Positions 33,522-40,989 of a stretch of DNA of 64,000 nt are shown here, in pieces. The DNA is from Eubacteriales bacterium. GTDB taxonomy: Bacteria > Bacillota > Clostridia > Oscillospirales > CAG-272. The stretch is taken from NCBI GenBank assembly GCA_045638685.1, contig JAZUBT010000007.1:130551-194550 (forward strand), given 5' to 3'. Under the pieces are notes generated by a model that was not told where the DNA came from, made no database searches, and worked only from the letters and a program-made list of their open reading frames with translations. Numbering within the stretch: the stretch's first letter is position 1; each line of letters begins with the position of its first letter. The position numbers were made by a program, and so were the translations under genes.

Positions 33522-35237
33522 ATGAGATACCAACAGTACAACTTAAAAGAGGACGCAAGACTCGCCCTCAACTACCTCGACGGAATGACAGACAGAAAAT
33601 ACGACTATCTGCCCTTCTGGCTCACCCTGCCTCACAAAAAGCCCGCTGAAGCAGAGCATTGCCGCGTTGACGACGCAGAGCTTGTAGCTTCTTGGTTTGA
33701 GGCTGTTGACAGCATCATCGGAATACTCGGAAAGGTCGGCGCAACCGAGGAGCTCTATAACGGCTTCCGAGCACAGGTTCTTTCTAACTGGGGTGAACAC
33801 GGACTCCGTTACCACAAGAAATATCCGTGGACTCACACCATTCACTCTGCTTTCCACGAAATGGGATACGTACTCCCCGCTCTTAACCGTCTCGTAAAGA
33901 ACGATCCTAACGATGCGGAAGCTGAAAAGCGCGCCTCCGAGCTTGTTCGCGGCATGCGCTCCCTCGTTATCGAGAGAAAGCTTCGCACCTTCTGGTCGGG
34001 CGACACGGAGGAGAAGGAGCCGATATACGAGTTCCCGAACGACGTTTATCTTTGGGACGGCGGATTCGACCTCACCAGACACACCGGCCGCGGTGAGCAG
34101 TCTATAAGAAATGCCGTTATGCTTCACTCTCTCGTTGACCGCTACTGCATCGCCAACGACGAGGTTGCTCTTGACCTTGCAAAGGGTCTTGCAAACCAGC
34201 TTCTCGGCGTTTCCCGTTACTTTAACTACAAATACGAGTACTACGGACACGTTCACTCCTCTACCTGGGTTGCGGCAGGACTTATCTACCTCGGCCGCGT
34301 TACCGGTAACAGAAGATACCTTAACGCAGGAGAGAACATTTACAAGTTCTCCCGCTCCATGTCGTCCAGCTTCGGATGGGTGCCGGAATTCGCTCAGTGG
34401 AAGGCTCCCGAGCTTGAACACTGTGAAACCTGCTGCTTAAAGGATATGATACTCTGCTGCTACGAGCTCATTAAGTGCGGAAAGACGGAATACTGGAACG
34501 ACCTTAACCTCTTCGCAAGAAACCAGCTCACCGAAAACCAGATAAAATACACAGGCTACGTAGTTTGCGACAACTCGCTTGACGACGAAAACGGACGTAC
34601 CTTCCGCGACCTTGATAAGCGTCTTATCGGCGGATACTCCGGCGGCTCCGAGCCGAACAGTATTTCTCTCGTTCGCTTCCGTTCTATCGCGGGCTGCTGC
34701 ATAGGAACCGCTCCTACGGCTCTCCAAATGGTTTGGGATAACACCGTAACCGATGAAAACGGAATTCTTACCGTAAACGTTCAGACGGAAAAGGAAACCG
34801 ATAAATACGCTCTTACCCACGAAATACCCGATAACGGTGTTATCAATCTTGCTCTTAAAGCTCCCGCAAGCGCAGGCTTCCGTATCTACGAGTGGATGGG
34901 CAAGGACGTAAAGCTTACCGTCAACGGCAAGGCTGTCGAGGCTAAGGAAGCAAACGGAATTCTCTACGCAGAAAACCTTAACGCAGGCGACGTAGTTACG
35001 CTCACCTTCCCCATCGAAACTGTTGAGAAGAAGGAATTCTTCGCAGGCAAGGAATATACCGAGTTTTGGAGAGGCTGCGACATGATAGACATTCTTCCTC
35101 ACGGAGACCACGTAAGACTCTACCAGAGAGATCTCACCGTACCGAAGGTTTATCCGCTTCCGGAGGATCTTGAATTTACCGGCACGCCTGACAGAGGTCC
35201 CACCCAGCAGGCAAACATAAACACCGCGAAGAAATAA
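33522..35237 (+). CDS. DUF1680/GH127-like protein (possible beta-L-arabinofuranosidase-type hydrolase)
   Basis: 571 aa. Carries E-T-C within ELEHCETCC and a later CC pair (SIAGCCIGTAP). This resembles the Glu/Cys...Cys-Cys zinc/nucleophile arrangement of GH127. The assignment comes from motif memory only. Confidence 0.35.
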   Translation: MRYQQYNLKEDARLALNYLDGMTDRKYDYLPFWLTLPHKKPAEAEHCRVDDAELVASWFEAVDSIIGILGKVGATEELYNGFRAQVLSNWGEHGLRYHKKYPWTHTIHSAFHEMGYVLPALNRLVKNDPNDAEAEKRASELVRGMRSLVIERKLRTFWSGDTEEKEPIYEFPNDVYLWDGGFDLTRHTGRGEQSIRNAVMLHSLVDRYCIANDEVALDLAKGLANQLLGVSRYFNYKYEYYGHVHSSTWVAAGLIYLGRVTGNRRYLNAGENIYKFSRSMSSSFGWVPEFAQWKAPELEHCETCCLKDMILCCYELIKCGKTEYWNDLNLFARNQLTENQIKYTGYVVCDNSLDDENGRTFRDLDKRLIGGYSGGSEPNSISLVRFRSIAGCCIGTAPTALQMVWDNTVTDENGILTVNVQTEKETDKYALTHEIPDNGVINLALKAPASAGFRIYEWMGKDVKLTVNGKAVEAKEANGILYAENLNAGDVVTLTFPIETVEKKEFFAGKEYTEFWRGCDMIDILPHGDHVRLYQRDLTVPKVYPLPEDLEFTGTPDRGPTQQANINTAKK

Positions 35238-35330
35238 ATTCGCGTTCACTCACGCGGGATACATACCGCACACGAGGCTTTACCGTGTTAGCTTTCATTT
35301 TGGGATTAACACAGTAAAGAGCATCAAAAT

Positions 35331-35360
35331 AAAAAGGAACAGCGTGCTGTTCCTTTTTTT
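35331..35360. terminator. bidirectional terminator between convergent genes
   Basis: ggaacag (35336-35342) pairs with ctgttcc (35347-35353), flanked by A5 and T7. Confidence 0.75.
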
Positions 35361-35367
35361 ATGCTTT

Positions 35368-36957
35368 TTAAGACGTTGGCTCTGCCCCGAACTCCGTTAC
35401 CGTAACGGAAATCGTTTTATAATCGTTAATGCTGTAACGATATACGTAAAAAATAAGCTCATCTCCGATTTTCAGCGTCTTTAACTTTTTAGAATTTAAA
35501 AATTCGTTAAGTGCATCTCCGCTGTATTCAACTCCGTTTACGGTTAATTTCTGTATTAAATCGTCAAGGTTAAGTCCGGTCGCCTCCGCATCGGAGCCAA
35601 CGGAAATCTCTGTTATCCACCAACCCGTAACGAGGTACGGGGGTATAATTTCGGTTTTGTAGGTTACCTCTATCCCAAGGTTGGCTCTGCCTTTGACAAA
35701 GCCGTAATCTATAAGATCCTCTATTATAGGCTTTGCGGTATCTATCGGAATAGCAAATCCGATCCCCTCTATTTCCTCGGAAACGAATTTAGCGTTAACT
35801 ATGCCGACGAGCTGTCCACTCATATTGAACATTCCTCCGCCTGAATTTCCGCCGTTTATCGCCGCGTTGGTTTGGAGCAGCGACATTGCGTATCCGTCTA
35901 TGGACAGAGTTCTGTTTTTCGCCGATATTATACCGTTTGTAGCGGAACCGCCGAGAGTACCAAGCGGGTTACCTATTATAAGAATCTCCTCGGCAACCCG
36001 AAGGTCAGCGGATTTTCCGACTGTCGCTACTTTAAGGTTGGAAGCAAAAATTTCAAGTACCGCCAAATCGGTGTTTTCGTCCCTGCCTATAAGAGTTGCA
36101 TCGTAAACCGTACTGTTTGACAGCGTAACCTTTATATTTGTTCCACCCTCGACAACGTGGTTATTTGTTACTATATAATATCCGTCGTTATTACTTTCAT
36201 CCTTTGAAATAATGACACCGGAGCCTGAACCTATGGACGATTTTATAGCAACAACAGTGCTTTCCGTAAGCTGATAAACATCAGAATATTTATAGTGCTC
36301 ATCTGCGGGTACCTGTTCAAGCGTAAAGCCGCCGTTCTGTGAGCCGCCCGACTGACCGCCTCCGCCTTGCCCTCCACCGCTCTGCTGACCGGACTGCGGA
36401 AGAGTGTTTCCAATTTCGTCAAGCATATGGTTAAAAAGCTGAAATCCAACGATAAAGGCTGATACTGCTAACACAAGCGCTATCGCGCCGATAACACCGA
36501 AGAAAACCGCTCTCTTTTTATCCTTAGGTTTCTGCGGCAAACTACCCGAATAACTGTTTTGTCGGTAGTTTTGACCGTAGGAGCCGTTATAATTACCGAA
36601 ATAGCTTCCGCCGTACATTCTTCCGTCATCGGGGTAAACTCCGTTTTCCGAGCTACCGTTTTTCTTTCTCTCTGCCTCGTAGCTTTCCCAGCTTCCGGGC
36701 ATCGTGCCGTATTCAAGCTCTCCGTCTTCCTCGTTTTTAGTTTCAGAAGATTTTGTCTCCATGCTACTACCAAGCGACGAAATTTCATTCTTATCAGTAT
36801 AACAAGCACCGTTTTCAATAATTTCCGTTTCGTTTGTCTCCGATTTCGAGAAGGCAAGGCTGTCCAGTTCGTCTAACGTCTCATTTTTATTTACTTCGAT
36901 TTCGGAAACAAGGGTGTTTTCCTGTAAACCTTCCTTGTTTTCTTCCATTTTATTCAC
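35368..36957 (-). CDS. HtrA/DegP-type S1C serine protease with N-terminal cytoplasmic tail, TM helix and PDZ domain
   Basis: 529 aa. TNNHVV (His), DLAVL (Asp) and GNSGGGMFNMSGQLVGIVNA (Ser). TM segment AVFFGVIGAIALVLAVSAFIVGF. Confidence 0.85.
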   Translation of the reverse strand: MNKMEENKEGLQENTLVSEIEVNKNETLDELDSLAFSKSETNETEIIENGACYTDKNEISSLGSSMETKSSETKNEEDGELEYGTMPGSWESYEAERKKNGSSENGVYPDDGRMYGGSYFGNYNGSYGQNYRQNSYSGSLPQKPKDKKRAVFFGVIGAIALVLAVSAFIVGFQLFNHMLDEIGNTLPQSGQQSGGGQGGGGQSGGSQNGGFTLEQVPADEHYKYSDVYQLTESTVVAIKSSIGSGSGVIISKDESNNDGYYIVTNNHVVEGGTNIKVTLSNSTVYDATLIGRDENTDLAVLEIFASNLKVATVGKSADLRVAEEILIIGNPLGTLGGSATNGIISAKNRTLSIDGYAMSLLQTNAAINGGNSGGGMFNMSGQLVGIVNAKFVSEEIEGIGFAIPIDTAKPIIEDLIDYGFVKGRANLGIEVTYKTEIIPPYLVTGWWITEISVGSDAEATGLNLDDLIQKLTVNGVEYSGDALNEFLNSKKLKTLKIGDELIFYVYRYSINDYKTISVTVTEFGAEPTS

Positions 36958-37138
36958 TTCCCTTTCCGATTTATCATTTTAGCTTTTTTACTAAAGAGGC
37001 GCCAAAGAAAAAGGTTAATTCCCATTGCTTATTTTAATTTATTATAACGCTTTTCTTTTACGCAAGGTTAAAAAACTTAAAAAATAATCTTAAATTTTTA
37101 ACATCAATTTTTTTAACAAAGATTTTTTGCCTCGCCTA

Positions 37139-37167
37139 TTGACTTTTTTTTGAAAATATGATATACT
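37139..37167 (+). promoter_or_regulatory. promoter of tRNA-Leu
   Basis: TTGACT (37139-37144), 17-nt spacer, TATACT (37162-37167). Confidence 0.5.
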
Positions 37168-37263
37168 ACTTAGCGTTGCAGTTGAAAATTGAAGGTTTCA
37201 TTTTTTTAAGTTTTTACGCGGGTGTGTGCGGGTAAATTCCGCGTAGCACTCTCATATTCATTC

Positions 37264-37350
37264 GCGGGTGTGGCGGAATTGGCAGACGCGCTAGATTCAG
37301 GTTCTAGTGGGGGCAACTTCGTGCAGGTTCAAGTCCTGTTACCCGCACCA
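37264..37350 (+). tRNA. tRNA-Leu (anticodon CAG)
   Basis: Acceptor gcgggtg/tacccgc. Anticodon stem ctaga/tctag with loop TTCAGGT. Long variable arm. T-loop GGTTCAAGTCC. Encoded CCA. Confidence 0.9.
37334..37350 (+). repeat. attL-like core (tRNA-Leu 3' end)
   Basis: 17/17 identity with 48103-48119. Confidence 0.75.
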
Positions 37351-37354
37351 CCAA

Positions 37355-37393
37355 AAGCCTAAATTGAACCTTGTGTTTGATTTAGGTTTTTTG
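37355..37393 (+). terminator. terminator after tRNA-Leu (island-borne sequence)
   Basis: cctaaat (37358-37364) pairs with atttagg (37380-37386), followed by T6. Confidence 0.6.
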
Positions 37394-37673
37394 TTTTCTT
37401 AGCCGCATTTCGTTGTGTCATAAAGGCTTACCTTTGCTTTATAAAGCTTCTTTTAGCGTTGGGTATTTTTCGTATACCAATGCTTTTTTGTTGCCTTAAA
37501 CGGCGTTTTATGCCGCGAAAGACTCTTGATACGAGCGCGGAGTGTGATAGGCTATCTCACGCCAAAAGGCAACAAGAAAGCCCCTACGGGGCTGTCGTGT
37601 TGGCTCTTAATTGCCAAACATCACGCTCCGCAGAGGCTTGTGTCAAGAGTTCCGTGGAATAAATGCCGTTACA

Positions 37674-39152
37674 TTAACTAACGTGCATTTCTATCGCTAT
37701 TGTTTTTGAAGCATATAACCATACAAATCCTTTGTAAAAAGAAAAGCCCTGACTTTTGTCAGGACCGTTATTTATCGGGCTGTTAAAGTAGATGTCGATC
37801 TTATCGTTGTAAAGAACTATTTCTTTAACCAATAAGTTTATAGCCATTTCTATTTCACCTTTTAATGCTTCTTTGTAGTATTCTCGAATAATACTTTCCG
37901 GAAGCTTTACGGCGGATTTGCTTTTCTCTATAATTAATTGCCGCTCTAACTCCTCTTGCTGTGTTTCAAGCTCATGTAAACGTTTATTTGTGGTCTTGGA
38001 TACTATACCTTCTTCAATAGCCGACATAATGTTTTCAAGTGCTTTATCGACCTTTGCTTTTTCTTTTTTTAGTGTGTTGACTATAGGATTATCCGTACAA
38101 TAGCTGTCCTGCAATTTAAGTAGACTTTTGACCACTCCGTTAAGCGTTTCAGGTTTTGAAAGCTCTTCAATTATTTTAGTTACAATAGCTTCCTCTAAAG
38201 CTTCCTTTCCAATAACGCCTTGCTTACATCCGTTGTGATACGATTTTATTCCGAGACATTTATAATAACGCTTAACCTCTCCGTTTCTTGCCGTACCGGT
38301 CTCCGCACTTATAGGGTGTCCACAATAACCGCATCTCATTTTATGTCTGAACAGATATACCGTTTTTACGCTGCGTTTACCAAACTTATTCTGTTCCACC
38401 TTTTTTCTCACGGTTTCGTAGGTGTCGGAAGGCACTATCTGAGGATACATATTGTCCACCTTTTCGTCTCCGTGATAATATACCCCCGAATACTTTTCAT
38501 TTTTAAGTATGCCGTATATCGTATTTTTAGCAAACGGCTTTCCGTTATTTTTTATTCCTCTTAAAGTCAAAGCATTTATAATATCCCTAACGTATACCCC
38601 AGCGGAATACTGCTCAAATATGAACCTTACCGTCTCGGCTTTTTCCTCATCTATAACGAGCTTTTTTCCTTCGAGCTTGTAACCGTACAGTATAGCTCCT
38701 CCTTGATAATAGCCTTTGATTCTGTTTTCACGCATACCGCGTTTAACCTTTTGGGAGAGATCTGCGGAATAATACTGCCCTATACCTTCAATTAAGCTTT
38801 CAAGTATTACCCCCTCGGGCGTATCGGGTATATTCTCCATAGCGGACAATACCTTGACTCCGTTTTTTCTCAGCGTATTTTTGTGAATAGTGGCTTCGTA
38901 CTTGTTGCGTGAAAATCTGTCGAGCTTATATACGAGTACGTAGTTCCATTCCTTTCTTGCACTGTCCCTTATCATACGCTGGAAATCGGGACGCATATCG
39001 TTTGTTCCCGTCATAGCTCTGTCAACGTAGGTGGAAAGAATAAGAATGCCGTTTGTCTTTGCATATTCTTCACATACTCTGAGCTGACCTTCAATGGATT
39101 GTTCTGTTTGTGCATCGCTTGAATAACGTGCATAGATTACTGCTGTTTTCAA
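37674..39152 (-). CDS. large serine recombinase
   Basis: 492 aa. Resolvase catalytic N-domain MKTAVIYARYSSDAQTEQSIEGQ, a recombinase domain, a zinc ribbon (CGYCGHPISA...YYKCLG) and a C-terminal coiled coil. Confidence 0.9.
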   Translation of the reverse strand: MKTAVIYARYSSDAQTEQSIEGQLRVCEEYAKTNGILILSTYVDRAMTGTNDMRPDFQRMIRDSARKEWNYVLVYKLDRFSRNKYEATIHKNTLRKNGVKVLSAMENIPDTPEGVILESLIEGIGQYYSADLSQKVKRGMRENRIKGYYQGGAILYGYKLEGKKLVIDEEKAETVRFIFEQYSAGVYVRDIINALTLRGIKNNGKPFAKNTIYGILKNEKYSGVYYHGDEKVDNMYPQIVPSDTYETVRKKVEQNKFGKRSVKTVYLFRHKMRCGYCGHPISAETGTARNGEVKRYYKCLGIKSYHNGCKQGVIGKEALEEAIVTKIIEELSKPETLNGVVKSLLKLQDSYCTDNPIVNTLKKEKAKVDKALENIMSAIEEGIVSKTTNKRLHELETQQEELERQLIIEKSKSAVKLPESIIREYYKEALKGEIEMAINLLVKEIVLYNDKIDIYFNSPINNGPDKSQGFSFYKGFVWLYASKTIAIEMHVS

Positions 39153-39186
39153 TTTTTAGTCCCCTTTTCTTTTTGTTGAAATTTGT

Positions 39187-39340
39187 CTTTCGACGGGAGC
39201 GAAGAAAACGGAAATACCGAGAGAGGTCAAGGGAATAGGTGAAAATAATACGTTTTTGTTATTTGTTTTTCGGTTCTCCGTATTATTTTCACCCCCTTGA
39301 CATCGACGGTGTTTTCGTTTAAGCTCCAAAAGGACGAAAG
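39187..39340. repeat. compound palindrome between the 47-aa ORF and the serine recombinase gene
   Basis: Perfect 15-bp inverted repeat ggtgaaaataatacg (39238-39252) / cgtattattttcacc (39279-39293). It is extended by gtcaaggg (39226-39233) / cccttgac (39294-39301), with outer ctttcg (39187-39192) / cgaaag (39335-39340). Confidence 0.85.
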
Positions 39341-39391
39341 ATAAATTGATATATGTTTAAGTTCTACGGTTTTCCCAATTAGCGTGCGTAA

Positions 39392-39535
39392 TTATGCTTT
39401 TTCTCTTCCTTCACGTTCCCTTTTGTGGGTATCAAGAATCCGCACTAGCATAGCAACGTAGAACGTTCTTTTTTCATTATCGCTTAATCCTTCCGGGGGA
39501 GCAACACCGTGTGTGATGATTTCTTTTTTCTCCAT
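39392..39535 (-). CDS. 47-aa hypothetical protein upstream of the serine recombinase (below the ORF-track cutoff)
   Basis: Own translation: MEKKEIITHGVAPPEGLSDNEKRTFYVAMLVRILDTHKREREGREKA. Strong GGAGGA RBS 6 nt upstream. Same strand as the recombinase. Confidence 0.5.
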   Translation of the reverse strand: MEKKEIITHGVAPPEGLSDNEKRTFYVAMLVRILDTHKREREGREKA

Positions 39536-39865
39536 AGATTTCCTCCTTTTTTCCGTATTTACGTATCAAACGGACGTGGCCACTTATCCGCTTTAATAAC
39601 AGGTTAGCAGATACCTTAGACAAAAACAAGAATTCTGTATTCCTTCTTTTCTACCACTGATGGAAACTTTTTTCACTGTGTTTCCTCATTTTTGACTTAA
39701 GTCTTACAAAGCTATCTGCTACCTACTTTATGGTAACAAAAAAGTTCCCTTAAGTAAAGAGAACTTTTGGAGGTAAAATGGGGAAAAGTGTAGGTAAAAT
39801 GTAAGCCTAGAGAGAACAAAAAGAGAACTAATGTAGGGTAAAAAACGAACTTATCCAAAAGAAAC

Positions 39866-39945
39866 GCCGAGCGTTATTGCGGAATGTTGTGCAAACGGTT
39901 TAGTGCACAACTCCGCATCGCTCGGCTTTGGATTTATTTTTTCAG
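39866..39945. terminator. long extended stem-loop with T-rich tails on both strands (probable end of the minus-strand surface-protein operon)
   Basis: gccgagcg (39866-39873) pairs with cgctcggc (39919-39926). An inner stem pairs gcggaatgttgtgca with tgcacaactccgc. T-runs follow on both strands. Confidence 0.5.
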
Positions 39946-39957
39946 TTTAGTTTATCT

Positions 39958-40061
39958 TGGCGTGTGCTTGTCTGGCGGAGCAGCGGGGCTCCCCGAAACG
40001 AGCGAAGCGAGTTTTGGGGGCTAGCTAGCGTAGCCACTTGTATCAAGACAAGCACACGCCA
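39958..40061. repeat. 16-bp perfect inverted repeat enclosing a 72-nt GC-rich spacer
   Basis: tggcgtgtgcttgtct (39958-39973) is the reverse complement of agacaagcacacgcca (40046-40061). Confidence 0.9.
40037..40060 (+). repeat. 24-bp direct repeat, copy 1
   Basis: cttgtatcaagacaagcacacgcc matches 47660-47683 at 23 of 24 positions. Confidence 0.9.
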
Positions 40062-40326
40062 GGATCTCAAATGGGTTAAAATAGGTGAGTAAATAAATAT
40101 AATAAAAAAGCGAAACACTTCCCTCCGAAAATTAAAGGGTTGTGTCTCGCTTTTTATATATTTTTTCTTTGGTATCTTATTTGCACATACAATTGCAAGT
40201 ATAGTGTATGTACCTATATGCAATACCAAGAAACCTTCCTATAAAATTAAATTATGCTACGATTACATTATTAGAAATTCTAAACACTGTTATTTTGCTT
40301 TCCGAATTATCATAGCTTTTTACTAT

Positions 40327-40977
40327 TTAGCTTTTAAACTCATATATGGTTGTTACATTTGAATTTGCGGTTTGATATGTGATGGTTATTTTAGTTAATA
40401 CTGTTTCCGAATACTCAATATTAATCTTCATGTTTTGCACATTTACTTCTGAACCGTAAAATTCAGAAGGTGATATAACATCCGCTAACAACGAATTATC
40501 TTGTATAACAACATTCTTGAAATTACTTTCATGGAAATTAAAGCTGCCCTTTAATTCATCATAGGAGGGAAGTGAAACCGCTTCACCATTAAACTTTCCA
40601 ACCTTTCCGTTCTCAATGGTTGCAGAACCAGTCAAAGTTACCTTGTAATCCGGGGAAATATTTTCAATATTTCCATCACTGGGAAATAAATTCAATTGCT
40701 CAACAGAATATATAATCTCAGAATTGGTCAAAGTATACACCGCATTTAACTCAACCCCTCCGGTAACTGTGGAGACATTAAGTTTAACTTTGCTATAACT
40801 TTTACTTACCAATTCATTGAGGATATCATACGTTGTTTTTTCAGTTCCAGGAGTGGGAGCTGATTGATCGGAATTTGAGCCGCTATCTTTATTATGATTA
40901 TCTCCTTTATCATCACAAGCAATAAAGGTCATTAGAATTGTAAGAACTAGAAAGATAGAAATAATAATTTTTTTCAT
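40327..40977 (-). CDS. lipoprotein, function unknown
   Basis: 216 aa. Signal peptide with lipobox (LTILMTFIAC). Lies 12 nt downstream of the 1607-aa gene. Confidence 0.6.
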   Translation of the reverse strand: MKKIIISIFLVLTILMTFIACDDKGDNHNKDSGSNSDQSAPTPGTEKTTYDILNELVSKSYSKVKLNVSTVTGGVELNAVYTLTNSEIIYSVEQLNLFPSDGNIENISPDYKVTLTGSATIENGKVGKFNGEAVSLPSYDELKGSFNFHESNFKNVVIQDNSLLADVISPSEFYGSEVNVQNMKINIEYSETVLTKITITYQTANSNVTTIYEFKS

Positions 40978-40989
40978 TAGTGTCCCCCC

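Noticed and set aside
37459-37662. 67-aa plus-strand ORF at the island's left end
   Set aside because: It coincides with the nested palindrome, and the translation is Arg/Cys-rich with no RBS.
39942-40229. 95-aa minus-strand ORF
   Set aside because: It spans the 104-nt inverted-repeat structure and AT-rich spacer, has no RBS, and its composition looks non-coding.
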